Positions 51,163-63,268 are shown, counted from the whole stretch's first letter. The stretch is 63,820 bases of DNA, filler included, from Sphaerodactylus townsendi (GCF_021028975.2; 3 parts of 3 records of this genome joined end to end with filler, not necessarily neighbours in it); one strand, 5' to 3'. The notes: generated by a model from the sequence alone, not told the origin. Made by a program: numbers and translations.

Positions 51163-52345
51163 ATGATTATTGATCATGAGGAGAGGAATAATACGGTTGA
51201 GGGCAGCCTCGGGATCTGTCTAACTGCCCCCTCTTTCCTTTCCTCTTTCCCATGACGATATGTTAATTCAAATGTTTTCTTATGGGGATTAGTTTAGAGC
51301 AGATTGGAATAAACGTGACCTGATCTCAAAATTCAAAGTTTCAGTTGTTAACAACCTTCAGTGGCAGAAATTAAATTTGGTTCAAAATTTAAGCTGTTTA
51401 GAATTTGAAAAAAATAATTTGTGTTTTTGTTATACGTACGATAAGACTAATGACTTGAAATATGCAGTTGGATAAAAGCAGTCAAGAATGTACTTATGTG
51501 CCTTTGGCATAAAAGCGACAATAATGTTCCATGACAAATTTCTCTCCTAAAAAGTGGTCTGCAACTTATAAAAGTTTGGGAATATCTGTTTTAGACTTTG
51601 ATGGTTGACCCTTATAGAGATTCATGGCATCAGATATGAGACAAGAATGTTTTAGCAAAGCGCTATTGTGGTGTTGTTCTTAATTATTGTTGTCAGCCCC
51701 CCTGAGGCCATGTGAGAAAAGGTGGCTTACAAATTAAGTTAATCATTATTTTTGTTTAGGCAAAACGTCTTGAAGGTGCTTGATGGCTTGTTTACTTATT
51801 TATTGTGGTGTTGGTGGTGGGGACTTTCTCCAGTTTTGGTGTATGTTGACTCAGTCTGAAATAGTCTTGGTGCTGTAGCAGACGTGCATCTGTCTTCTGG
51901 AGCAGTGCTGTGGTTCAGATAGGCACCTGGAATCACCCTGCCATCTCCTTGTAGTCCCTTATTTTCAGAGGAGAAAATAATATTTTAAAAATCATTGTAT
52001 GCTTATTTATTTAGAGCATTTTGATGCTGCCTTTCTGCCTCAGCAGGCTCTCCGTTTATGTTGCAGTCTGACTTTCTCACTGAGACTCAAAGTGCATGGC
52101 ACTTTGTGAATGAATGGGGCAGTATATCTCAGAAGAGATGCGATGCAACTAGAAATTGTAGAGCTGAGGCTGAGAGAATTATTTATTGTTTACGCTTATT
52201 TCCCTCCCTCCTTCTGCGTGATGTTGTTTATACTGAATCAGATCATTGACCAATCAAGGTTGTCCATTCAAATGGTCAGCAGTTCTCCAGATTTCAGGCA
52301 GAGGTGTTACCTGATCCTTTCAACTGGGAGCTGTGGCCTCTCCCA

Positions 52346-52625
52346 GCGTGGTGTAGTGGCTAAGAGCAGGTTCACTCTAATCTGGAGAACCGGGTTTGAC
52401 TCCCCACTCATCCATCTGAGTGGTGGAGGCTTATCTGGTGAACCAGGTGTGTTTCCGCACTCCTCCATTCCTACTGGGTGACCTTAGGCTAGTCACAGTT
52501 CTTTAAAACTCTCTCAGCCCCACCTGCCTCACAAGGTGTCTGTTGTGGGGAGAGGGGGGGAAAGGAGTTTGTAAGCCCTTTTGAGTCTCCTTACAGGAGA
52601 GACAGATTGGGTATAAATCCAAACT
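52346..52625 (+). mobile_element. tRNA-derived SINE (Sauria/Squam3-like)
   Basis: Similar to 50338-50625. Confidence 0.85.
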
Positions 52626-52739
52626 CTATTTTCCTATCCTAATGTTTTGTTTGCTCAAAGCTAATCAAGTTCCCTTGGCAGCAGGCTGGTTCCTCTCAGG
52701 CATGATATGTCCTCCCGGTTGTGTTGCTATCCCCTGTGG

Positions 52740-52893
52740 CAGGGGTCTGCAACCTGTGGCTCTCCAGATGTTCATGGACTACGAATCCCATCAGCCCCTG
52801 CCAGCATAACCAGCAACCTGTGGCTCTCCAGGCAGGGGCTGATGGGATTTGTAGTCCATGAACATCTGGAGAGCCACAGGTTGCAGACCCCTG
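52740..52893. mobile_element. hAT/Charlie-like palindromic MITE
   Basis: CAGGGGTCTGCAACCTGTGGCTCTCCAGATG / exact reverse complement at the other end. Confidence 0.9.
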
Positions 52894-53071
52894 CAGGGCC
52901 TGTGGGGATAGGGCGGGATATAAATATGAAATGAATAAATAAGAGAAACGTTCATGTTGGGTTTAGAAATGGCTCCCTGCCACCACTGAGTAAACGCAAC
53001 TGGGGGGGTGTGTTTCATCGAAATAATGTTGTCTTATCCTGCGGTTCCTTTCAGGAGGATCCTCTTTTAAA

Positions 53072-53194
53072 ATGTCAAAAGAAGACGCCAAGGCGATCCC
53101 TGTGAGGGTGGCTCTCCGGTGCCGCCCTCTCGTCCCCAAAGAAACGGAAGAGGGTTGCCAGATGTGTTTGTCTTTTGTCCGTGGACAACCTCAG
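53072..53194 (+). CDS. KIF4A: KIF4A chromokinesin coding exon 1
   Basis: [41 protein letters not shown]; head-to-head with PDZD11 as in mammals. Confidence 0.95.
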
Positions 53195-53809
53195 GTGAAA
53201 AAAGAACGGGCAGCTGGAATGTTTTGGTGTATGTTGACTCAGTCTGAAGTAGTCTTGGTGCTGTAGCAGACGTGCATCTGTCTTCTGGAGCAGTGCTGTG
53301 GTTCAGATAGGCACCTGGAATCAGCCCTGTCGCCTTGCTGATTCAGGGTGCCAAGCTTCCAAAAGGCAGCGGAGGCCAACTGGAGTGGCCCCCCAGTCCG
53401 GCCTGAGGAAGTGCTGCAGGAAACAGCGGCATTTAGGGGGAGAGCTGAAAGCTGGCTTGGCACTCCCACAATGGCTGACTATTGGCAACAGGGCTGCCAG
53501 GAGAGCAGAAAACGGGGTGTGGGGCTTGGAAAGCTAAGGGCAGGCAAAAACAGATTCAGTTCCTGCAGCCAGATGCTGAGGAGGATGACTTTGTGTCAGG
53601 TGAGGGAGTGGGGAAAACAACCGGGGGGGGGGGGGGGGGAGGTCATGTGTGTTACAAAACATCCTCTCATATTAAGGGGGGGGGGGATCGGAGGTGACTG
53701 GAGGGTCCAGAGTCAGCCGTTAAGGCCAGCCTCACCACATCGTTCCACAGAGGCGAGTTTTTAAACGGCAGCAACGTAACCCTCACTCTCTCCCCCTTCC
53801 TCCTCACAG

Positions 53810-53924
53810 GTAATTTTGGGTAACGACAAACCTTTTACCTACGACTATGTGTTTGACCCTTTTGCTGAGCAAGAGGAAGTATTCAACACGTGCATTGCTC
53901 CCCTTGTAAAAGGCATTTTTAAAG
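53810..53924 (+). CDS. KIF4A: KIF4A coding exon 2
   Basis: VILGNDKPFTYDYVFDPFAEQEEVFNTCIAPLVKGIFK. Confidence 0.95.
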
Positions 53925-54536
53925 GTGAGAGGGTGTGCCGGTTAAGACGTGGGGGTGGGTGGGGGAGGGGGAGGGATATGTCTTCAAAGTTCTTGTGTCC
54001 TGAGAGTGAGATGTTCCTCGGTTTGCTTGCATCTAAAATGGCCTCGCTTCTTTTTGCTGCATTAGAAGTCCCATTCCCACCCCACCCCCGCTGGACCTTT
54101 GTGTTAGTGATGTGTCGGACCATTGTACATAATTAAAAGTAACATAATTGGCAGGAACTCCCTAACACCCCTTCTTTCTTACGGTAACGCTCTTCATCGC
54201 TAATTGGGCTTGCTTCCGAAGTTCTTCGTCGTCTGAACTCCTTTGTTCTTCTCCTTGACTCCATTTTCCTTTCATGCTCTGTGCCGTTTCTCTTCTGTGT
54301 ATGCTTTTCTGTACTCCGCCTCTAGTGTTTTTCTTCTTGTACGCGGTGGTTTTCTTTGCGTGTACGTTTCTTGTCCTTCGCTACGTAATCTGCAGCAATT
54401 GTGCACCTTTTTCCAAAACTGCTCAACCTGGAGGCATTGTGGTACTTCAGCCGTATTTTTACTCATGCTAAGAAAGGTCTTCTGTTTTCTTTGCGCAAAT
54501 GACCCCTTTTGGTTTCTCCTGGTCTTAATTCCGCAG

Positions 54537-54727
54537 GTTACAATTCCACAGTTCTGGCCTATGGGCAGACGGGGTCTGGGAAGACCTATTCCATGGGTGG
54601 GGCCTACACAGCAGACCAAGGGAATGACCCCACTGTGGGAGCCATCCCCCGCGTGATCAAACTGCTCTTTGGCGAAATGGAAGCGAGGGTGGACTGGCAG
54701 TTTTCCCTGAAAGTCTCCTATTTAGAG
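54537..54727 (+). CDS. KIF4A: KIF4A coding exon 3 (P-loop)
   Basis: [20 protein letters not shown]...LKVSYLE. Confidence 0.96.
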
Positions 54728-54890
54728 GTAAAAGCTTTTGTGTGTTTCCACATATCTGTCTCCTTTAAGGCCTGTTGCTGTACTGGGCGCAGCTTTAAAA
54801 CTAGCCCTGCAGTGTCCTTTCCCTGTTGCTCCTCTGTGTTCCATTTTGGATTTCAAGACCTAACCCTCTCTTTTGAACAAAAAATTTCAG

Positions 54891-54983
54891 GTCTACAACG
54901 AAGACATCTTGGACCTCTTGGCCCCGCCCAGAGAACGTTCAGCTCAGATCAGCATACGTGAAGACCCCAAGGAAGGCATAAAG
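54891..54983 (+). CDS. KIF4A: KIF4A coding exon 4
   Basis: [31 protein letters not shown]. Confidence 0.95.
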
Positions 54984-55152
54984 GTGGGCTTCTGTGCTGG
55001 CCCTCGATGTTTAGAGTGGAATCGGCAGCATAACATAGAAGTGAGGCTGCCGGGTGCCGTCCACCATGGAGATGGGCTGCAGCTAGTGGTCTCTACCTGG
55101 CACGCAGGTTCAGTCTTTCCAGTCTTCAGTGACAAAGATCTAAGCTGTAGAT

Positions 55153-55326
55153 CAGGGGTAGGGAACCTGCGGCTCAAGAGCCGCATGCGCTTCTCAGAAT
55201 GAGCGGAGTAAAAGGTAAAAAACCTTTATTTTAAATGTCAAAAATTATTTGCGGCTCCAAGTGTTTCTTTTCCCGTGGAAAACGGGTCCAAATGGCTCTT
55301 TGAGTGTTAAAGGTTCCCTACCCCTG
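55153..55326. mobile_element. hAT/Charlie-like MITE
   Basis: TIR CAGGGGTAGGGAACCT / AGGTTCCCTACCCCTG; TSD CTGTAGAT/CTGTAGGT. Confidence 0.88.
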
Positions 55327-55694
55327 CTGTAGGTGATGCGAAAGGCATCTGTCTGAGACACTTGGCAGTTACTGCCAGTCTGAGGATGGTGCTGACTGAT
55401 AGACTGAAAGTCTGCTTTCAATCTTTATTTAAGCTGCACTCAGTGAAGGTGCCAGTAATCTTGATGTCTTCAACTCGGCTTGTGGTGCTGGGGATCTTAC
55501 AACACAGATCTCCACTCCTCCCAACAAAATGTATTCTGATGTTTGCTTCTGACTCAGAAGAGCGACTTCAGTCCCAGAGAACAGGGAGTTCACTTGAGGG
55601 TAGCTTAGGTCCCTCGTAATCTGCACTGCAGCTCTCACTTCCCAAAGAGGAAGATCTCCCCCCTCCTCCTCCTCACTCTGTTGGTATGTCCCAT

Positions 55695-55993
55695 AGAAGA
55701 AGAAGAAGAAGAGTTTGGATTTGTATCCCCCCTTTCTCTCCTGCAGGAGACCCAAAGGGGCTTACAATCTCATTGCCCTTCCCCCCTCACAACAAACACC
55801 CTGTGAGGTGGGTGGGGCTGAGAGAGCTCCAAAGAACTGTGACTAGCCCAAGGTCACCCAGCTGGCGTGTGTGGGAGTGTACAGGGTAATCTGAATTCCC
55901 CAGATAAGCCTCCACAGCTCAGGTGGCAGAGCTGGGAATCAAACCCGGTTCCTCCAGATTAGATACATGAGTTCTTAACCTCCTACGCCACTG
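55695..55993 (-). mobile_element. tRNA-derived SINE (Sauria/Squam3-like)
   Basis: Reverse-complement match to 50338-50625 with (GAA)n tail. Confidence 0.88.
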
Positions 55994-56194
55994 CATAGCT
56001 AATCTGGGATAAGTACCCTTCTGCCTCAAAACAGCCAGTATTTCAAAGGGTCACATTTCAGCTCCCTGACAAATACCGACTGCTTTGGGAGGGTAGCCAT
56101 GTTGGTCTGTGTGGAAGAGCTACATGCAAGTCCAGTAGCACCTGAGAGACCAGGTACAACTTCTGTTTGCTGACCTTTCGAGAGTCAAGGTCTC

Positions 56195-56330
56195 ATTCCG
56201 CACATGCAGAATAATGCACTTTCAAACTGCTTTCAGTGCTCTTTGAAGCTGTGCGGAATAGCAAAATCCACTTGCAAACAGTTGTGAAAGTGGTTTGAAA
56301 ACGCATTATTTTGTGTGTGCGGAAGGGGCC
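56195..56330. mobile_element. PIF/Harbinger-like MITE
   Basis: TTCCGCACA...TGTGCGGAA ends; related to 49026-49154. Confidence 0.75.
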
Positions 56331-56644
56331 AAGGTGTCTGACGAAGGGAGCTTTGACTCCCCAAATCTTGCTGGCCTTTAAGGTGCAGGTGGACTTGAAT
56401 CTAGCTGGCCTGTCGTGGGCACAAAAGTGGATTGCTGTGTGCTGATATGCCGCCCTTAGCTCTCCCATTTCGCTTTATTTGCATGCTTGATCCTAAGTCT
56501 GGCCCGATGAAGCTGTGCCTCGCCATAACGTCAGAATCCAGGGTCCTGAGCAACGTGGAGTTTATAACCCGTAAATGGAAATTCCAGTTTCGGGTTTATT
56601 CCTGGGGTCTTTGTGTGGAGAAACAAATTCTACTTTGTAGCTAG

Positions 56645-56855
56645 GGAGCTTTCCGGGATAAGGGACAGATCTAGCAGTACTCTCTCCTGATATTTTTTGT
56701 TTCATGCGTCTGTGGCTGGCATCTTCAGAGGATCTGATGCCAGCCACAGATGCAGGCGAAACGTCAGGAGAGAATGCTGCTAGAACACGGCCATACAGCC
56801 CGGAAACCACACAGCACCCCAGTGATTCCGGCCGTGAAAGCCTTCGACAATACAT
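56645..56855. mobile_element. Penelope-like inverted fragment pair
   Basis: Inverted junction at about 56733; + copy GCCAGCCACAGATGCAGGCGAAACGTCAGGAG...GTGATTCCGGCCGTGAAAGCCTTCGACAATACA. Confidence 0.75.
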
Positions 56856-57530
56856 TAAACTCTACTTTCCCCGGGTACTTATGTTTGGACATAAAGCCAG
56901 TGGTGGGATTCAAATAAGTTAACAACTGGTTGTTGACAAGCACCATTTTAACAGCCGGTTCTGCCGAAGGGGTGCGAACTGGCTGAATCCCACCACTGCA
57001 TAAAGCCCACTGGAAATTGATCAGACCTGGCATCTTTGAATCAAGCCATGCCCTCAAAGGGAGACAGGGGCAGCAAGTGGAACATTTATTTTATTTTATT
57101 TTATTTATTTCTCAGTCTTTTAGACCGCCCAACCCCCGAAGGGCTCTGGGCGGTGAACAACATAAAATAACAGTTACATAATAGACTGTAAATAAGTTAA
57201 GTTAAAATGCAGCAGTTAAGAATGACTAATAACAGCAATGCCCGCAACAATCCCTGTTAAACTCTCCCAGAAGGGGAGAAAAAGAGTGGGCCCATAGATG
57301 GTAATGGGCCCAAAATGTAGGAGGAGGTGGGGGCACTTATATCAGCGGCTGGACACTCCAAAGGCCCGGTGGAGAGAAGCCCTTTTAAAGCCAGTCACAG
57401 TCACGAGAAGCCCTTTTAAAGCCAGTCACAGAATTAACAGATGGTGCTTCATGATGCAGGCTGACCAGTGGGGCTGGATGTGCAGTCGGGGGGTGTTTGA
57501 GGTCTTATTTTCACAGAGGAGGGTCTAGAC

Positions 57531-57665
57531 CACAGGTGTCAAACTCGCGGCCCTCCAGATGGTATGGACTACAGTTCACATCATCCCTTGCCAGCATCAT
57601 GCTGGCAGGGGATGTTGGGAACTGTAGTCCATAACATTTGGAGGGCCGCAAGTTTGACACCTGTG
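57531..57665. mobile_element. hAT/Charlie-like palindromic MITE
   Basis: TIR CACAGGTGTCAAACT; perfect 8-bp TSD GTCTAGAC. Confidence 0.92.
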
Positions 57666-57764
57666 GTCTAGACAAAAATGCAGCAAAGCGCAATATGTAC
57701 AAGAAACCGTCAAAGAAGGGAAAGAGTGGGAATGGAAAGCAACCCGTTTTTCCTCTTCATGCAG

Positions 57765-57931
57765 ATTGTGGGATTGACCGAACACGTGGTGACCGGTGCT
57801 AAAGAGACGGTCATCTGCCTGGAACAGGGGAACAATTCTCGGACGGTGGCTGCCACAGCAATGAACACGCAGTCGTCCAGGTCCCACGCGATCTTCACCA
57901 TTTTAATTGAACAGAAAAGCAAGAAGGACGT
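57765..57931 (+). CDS. KIF4A: KIF4A coding exon 5 (switch I)
   Basis: IVGLTEHVV...[20 protein letters not shown]. Confidence 0.96.
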
Positions 57932-58207
57932 GTAAGCAAGGGAGGGCGTGGCCTGTTGAAAGAAGGTTTATGATAGCAGCTTTGGGTTGAACTACTTTTG
58001 TGGGGTGGGAGGGAGTTGCATCACTTTAAAGATAGAACACGAATGATGGAACTTTGGAAGCCGGTAATTGGCTGGCATGAGCCACGGCTTAATATCCAAA
58101 ATGTTAACTAGCGAATAAGAGTGAACCTCAGAGCCCAGCTTCATACTGATCCTCTTCTGAGTTTTTCTCACTGTCTTGGGTGTGAACCTCCTCCTCGTCT
58201 GCCTTAG

Positions 58208-58302
58208 GAACCTCAGCTTCCATTCCAAGCTGCACCTCGTGGACTTGGCCGGTTCCGAAAGGCAGAAGAAGACCAAAGCAGAAGGAGAACGGCTGAAAGA
58301 AG
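58208..58302 (+). CDS. KIF4A: KIF4A coding exon 6 (switch II)
   Basis: [26 protein letters not shown]. Confidence 0.96.
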
Positions 58303-58908
58303 GTGAGCGGAATGAACTTTTGGGCAGCCACGTGGGCCTGTTTCCTTGAGGCGCTGTGGCTCAGGCGATGAGCCTTTGCTTGGCACGCAGAGAGTGCCAG
58401 GTTCTATTCCTGGCATCGCCATCTTAAAAGGCAAACATAGGTGATGTGAGAGACCAAGTGAGACCCTGCTGAGTAGACAATACCGACTTTGGTGGACCAG
58501 GGTCTGAGTCAGTGTGAATCAGCTTCATGTGTTCGTGTGACGGCCACTTGGAAGGGGGCAGCGATCGTTTGCGTAGTCAATATTCTTGCTTCCTCAAAGA
58601 GGGATAATTCTTGCTTTTGAATGCTGGCAGGTCGAGGAGACAGTGTCTACTTTCAAATCTGAGGCCCGTGCTTTGCTGGGCCCTTCTGTTGTCCTGAGTG
58701 CACAGGCTAATCTAGTTCCCCAGATAAGCCTCCACAGCTCAACCCTGGTCTCCAGATTAGAGTGCACCTGCTCTTAACCACTACGCCGCTGCTGCTCTCT
58801 TAGCACTTAATGTTAAACGCTTTTGGGAATTCTCAGCCAAGCTTCTTTCAAAGGGGCTTTTGTTACTGCCGGGAAGCCAAGAGGTCAGGGTTCTGCTTTT
58901 GTTTTCAG

Positions 58909-59028
58909 GAATTAATATCAACAGAGGACTCCTCTCCCTGGGAAACGTCATCAGCGCTCTTGGGGATGAATCCAAGCGAGGGCACCACATCCCTTACAGG
59001 GACTCGAAGCTCACACGCCTCTTGCAAG
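58909..59028 (+). CDS. KIF4A: KIF4A coding exon 7
   Basis: [19 protein letters not shown]...[14 protein letters not shown]. Confidence 0.96.
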
Positions 59029-59168
59029 GTAAGGGTGGAATGCAAGCCATTGGGAGTGTTGCCTGGTGCCTGTGTATACCCTCTCCCCCTCTGCTGCTGC
59101 AATTCACCAAAAGGATTTCTTTTTTGCTTTGTTGGCCCGTGCTTTTGACTCTTTATTACCCTCTCCAG

Positions 59169-59344
59169 ATTCCTTGGGGGGCAACAGCCACACTCTGATG
59201 ATCGCCTGCGTGAGCCCGGCGGATTCCAACATGGAAGAGACACTGAACACTCTCCGCTACGCCGACAGGGCCAGGAAGATAAAGAACAAGCCTATAGTGA
59301 ACGTGGACCCCAAGGCAGCAGAGAACAACCAGCTAAGACTGCAG
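59169..59344 (+). CDS. KIF4A: KIF4A coding exon 8
   Basis: [45 protein letters not shown]. Confidence 0.96.
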
Positions 59345-60134
59345 GTACGAAGTGCTGTGTCTGTGGAACGGAGAAGAGAGGGAGCCAATTGGCCGTGCTG
59401 TCAGGGGCTGATGGGAATTGTGACAGAGTAAGCGGTTTATCAACGGATAGGTGCGTTACCAGAGAAAGATAAGTGCAGTTGAAGACGGCTTGGCACAGCA
59501 GATGAATAACTCCACACCACACAGTAGCTTCACTTCAAAGAAGTTTACTTTCAGGTGCAAGCTATATACAGTGAACATCAAGGAACAAACCGGCAGCATG
59601 CCTCGCAGTAAACAAGAATCCCTAGCAGATAATGTGCACTGATAGTGCTCTGCTAATATACAAACACTGCCCAATCACTGAGAAGGTCACAGCACCGGAT
59701 CAGACTGGTTTGGTTCAGTTGCATCAGGCTTTTGCCAACTGACCCTGGATGACAGGTGCTGTCATTTAGATCACTAAGACCTGTGCACAAGATGCACACC
59801 ATATTTACTTTGCTTCCCTGACACACCTTCTCATCTTGGGTACAGATTATTTATTTACAATACATTTTACATGGTTACATTACACATCACCAAGATCTGT
59901 GCACAAGATGCACACCATATTTACTTTGCTTCCCTGACAAATTGTAGTCCATAACATCTGGAGTGCCCAAGGTTCGCCACCACTGCCCTAGGCCCAGGGA
60001 AGCATGTTGCTGTAAGTCACTGCTTTGGTGACTGGCTCCAGCTTCCCATGTTTGGGGTGGGGGAGACCTGCAACGTTTTAAAATTCTACGTGTGTATGTT
60101 CCTTTAAAATGAGAGGTCAATTATTGAAGACAAC

Positions 60135-60400
60135 GTTTGGATTTATATTCCCCCTTTCTCTCCTGTAAGGAGTCTCAAAGGGGCTGACAAACGCCTTTCC
60201 CTTCCTTCCCCCACCCACGACAAACACCCTGTCAGGTGGGTGGGGCTGAAGAGAGCTCCAAAGAACTGTGACTGGCATGTGTTGGAGTGCACAAGCTAAC
60301 CTGGTTCCCCAGATAAGCCTCCACAGCTCAAGTGGCAGAGCGGGGAATCAAACCTGGTTCTCCAGATCAGAGTGCACCTGCTCTTAACCACTACGCCATG
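60135..60400 (-). mobile_element. tRNA-derived SINE (Sauria/Squam3-like)
   Basis: Same family as 55695-55993. Confidence 0.85.
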
Positions 60401-60991
60401 CTGGCTCCAAGAAGGAAGTGGGGTGAAAGGGGGATGCAAGGGCAGGGTGATTGGTTGACACTAAAGTGTGCCGGAGCAGGATGTGTGCTGAACTGGTAGA
60501 AAACAGCAGTTTGTGCTGGAGACTGTCAGGGAGTCCCTCTGAGCTAACCTGAATCAGAGGGTGTGCAGAACTTCAGTGAGAGAAAATATTATATGCTGAA
60601 CAGAGAGAGAGAGAGACGGTTTCAGTATTGAAGACAGACAGAGAGAGAGAGACTGCACTGTATTGAGAGTGAGAGACTGGAGTCAAATCCTAATATGATC
60701 TCTTATATGTCAAGGAAGAAAGAGGGAACTGACGTGAAGTGAAAGTCACCTCAGCAACGGCCGTTGCCTCAGTTTGTTTTGTTTACTGTAAAATATTTCC
60801 TGAAATGTTTAAGCCAAAGAACATATATATATATATAAATGTATTTGTCGAATAACCTGGAATCCCACACTAGTCATTTCCTCAGACCCATGTAGCCCTT
60901 TGAAACTGCTTTAAAGTTTGGACACACTGCTTCAGAAGGAAGTGTAAAGGGGTTTGGAGTTAAATTCCTGATGGCAGCCGAATATATATGG

Positions 60992-61125
60992 CCGTGGTGG
61001 TGAACCTATGGCGTTCCAGATGTCCATGGACTACAATTCCCATCAGCCCCTGCCAGCAGGGCCAATTGGGCTGATGGGAGTTGTAGTCCATGAACATCTG
61101 GAGTGCCATAGGTTCGCCACCACTG
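60992..61125. mobile_element. hAT/Charlie-like palindromic MITE
   Basis: GTGGTGGTGAACCTATGGC ... GCCATAGGTTCGCCACCAC with a GGACTACAATTCCCATCAG core. Confidence 0.85.
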
Positions 61126-61266
61126 AATGGAGAAAGTAAGGAATACATAGCCATTATTGTGAACCTATTTACAAAGGAATAAGAGTGGGCATCCCAGGGC
61201 CTCCTCCCACAAGGTGAACCAATGGCAAGAGATGATATGAACGGCAACCACCCACTCTTTTTCCAG

Positions 61267-61328
61267 GTTCAACAGCTCCAGGTCTTACTCCTGCAGGCTC
61301 ATGGTGGAACATTACCAGTGTCTATTGG
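61267..61328 (+). CDS. KIF4A: KIF4A coding exon 9
   Basis: VQQLQVLLLQAHGGTLPVSI. Confidence 0.94.
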
Positions 61329-61926
61329 GTAAGATTTCTGAATCAGTGGCCCTTATGGTCCCAACAGGGTTTTCGTTAGTTTGTGGAGACAGTTGTTTTT
61401 AGCATTTGAGAGCTTTTGTTTCCATTGTTTTGTTAAATTTGATTTCTGTGAAGCTGGCCACAGCTAGGTTTGGAGGCAGGAAGTGGGGGAGGAGGACAGA
61501 GTGTGCAGTGGGATCAAAAAGAAAAATAAAAGCTCATCTGTTTGCAAGAATTGGGGATTTCCAGAGTTACCCTTGTCACTTCCGGGTAGCTCTAGGAGTT
61601 GCCAGGAAATCTATGGTCAGAACTCCCTTGTTGGCCATGCAGCACCCAGCTCCCTGTGTGGAGGATGCTTGAGCCTGGGAGAAGAGCATCTTGCAGTTCC
61701 CAGGACTGCTAACGCATTCCATACTTCTCAAGATCTATTCTTGTACCACTGCGTAGTCTCTGCCTCCATCTTAACTTTGGATAAGAGATGCTTATCTATT
61801 TTAAAGACACTGGTTTAGACCCAGCAGCTTCTTGAATCCGTATCTCTGCATCAAGCAGCATCTCCATATCGTCGGGACTCTGGCCTTTCCTGATTCCCCC
61901 CGACAAAACATTTTTGTCTGATTTAG

Positions 61927-62059
61927 CGGAGAGCCCTCAGAAAACCTGCAGTCCCTGATGGAGAAAAACCAGGCCCTGGCGGAGGAGAACGAGAAACTGA
62001 GCCGTGGCCTGAGCGAGGCCTCTGGTCAGATCGCCCAGATGCTCGAGAGGATAATCATG
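61927..62059 (+). CDS. KIF4A: KIF4A coding exon 10
   Basis: [43 protein letters not shown]. Confidence 0.94.
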
Positions 62060-62507
62060 GTGAGGCTCTTTCCAAACCGGCAGTTTTGACTTGGGCGTCT
62101 GTGTGCGTGCCTGTATCTTTCTGCAGGACTTGGTGGCTTTTCCATCATTAGAATTAAGACAAGGTTCGGGGAAAAAGCTTGTGGCTTTGACAGCTTTAGG
62201 AGTCTGTACTCACAGAAGGGGCATGGGAATGTAAGATTTTCTAGCTGGCTTTTCAGGGTTGCTAGGTTGCTATTTTGCCTTCACCGCTCCTTTATCGTTG
62301 ACCTTTTCATCCTGATCTAGAAAGGGCTTTCCAGTGGAGAGCAGATCCTTCATAAATACTTAGCAGGGCTCACTGAAAGGCTAACCCAGAGTCTCCTGGA
62401 TCCAGCTTCGCCTCCCAGACAAAAACTGCCCCAAGGTTGGCATGCTGTCCACTTAATGTGCAACTTAAACAGCACTTTGGTTCACAACCTAATGTCTTCT
62501 TCTATAG

Positions 62508-62566
62508 ACGGAGCAGCAGAACGAGAAGACCAGTGCTAAGATGGAGGAGCTCCGGCAGCACGAAGC
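62508..62566 (+). CDS. KIF4A: KIF4A coding exon 11
   Basis: TEQQNEKTSAKMEELRQHE. Confidence 0.92.
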
Positions 62567-62679
62567 GTAAGTTCCCCGTTCCGTGTGCTCAGAATGGTTT
62601 GGAGTTCCATGTCTTTGTGACGGTTTGGGCCCTGGTTTTGGTCCTGGTTCAGATGGAACTTCAGAGCAAAACGTGTGAC

Positions 62680-63000
62680 TTGGACAGGCCAAGGGAAATA
62701 ACTTCTTCACACAACAAATGATTACATTGTGAAATCTGCTGCAAGGGGGATGTCAGGATGGCCAGCGACACAGGCGGTTTCCAAAGGGGTGTAGACAGAT
62801 TCATGGAGGAGGGGCCTATGGGTGGCTACTGGGCATGAGGACTAAAGGGACTCTCCTTGTTCAGAGAAAGTCAGTCGCAATCCCAGGAACAAGGAAGGCT
62901 CGGCTTCTATGCCCTGTTTTTTCGGATCTCCAAAGGAACTGGTTTGTCCCTGCGTGAGACAGGATGGTGGACGCTGGTCTAATCCAGCAGGGCTCTTCTG
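62680..63000 (+). mobile_element. CR1-like LINE 3' fragment
   Basis: ...FFTQ...KGVDRFMEE, then a GGTCTAATCCAGCAGGGC tail. Confidence 0.65.
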
Positions 63001-63162
63001 GTGCCTTAAGGACCAGGCCGTAAGGACCCAATCCCAAGCCTCCGGCCCTGGTTGTGTGGGTGGTTGGGTGGGCAGAGTAGGACTTTGCTGCTGAAGACTG
63101 GGGTATGGTAAAGTCCAATGCAGGCTGACGCATTGCATTCTGCTGTCTGGACTTTCTGTACG

Positions 63163-63268
63163 GCTGAACCTGGATCTACAGAAAACACTCGAGACGCTGG
63201 AGGACAATGAGCTAAAACATCAAGTGAAGTCGTTCTGCAGCCTGCAGCAAGCAATTGCCCGGCTACAG
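63163..63268 (+). CDS. KIF4A: KIF4A coding exon 12 (acceptor anomalous; may start at 63124)
   Basis: LNLDLQKTLETLEDNELKHQVKSFCSLQQAIARLQ; preceded by CG rather than AG. Confidence 0.85.

Noticed and set aside
45994-59938. Short direct duplications (46 bp at 45994/46050, 27 bp at about 57375/57405, 54 bp at about 59770/59887)
   Set aside because: Ordinary local slippage or repair duplications in introns with no sign of function
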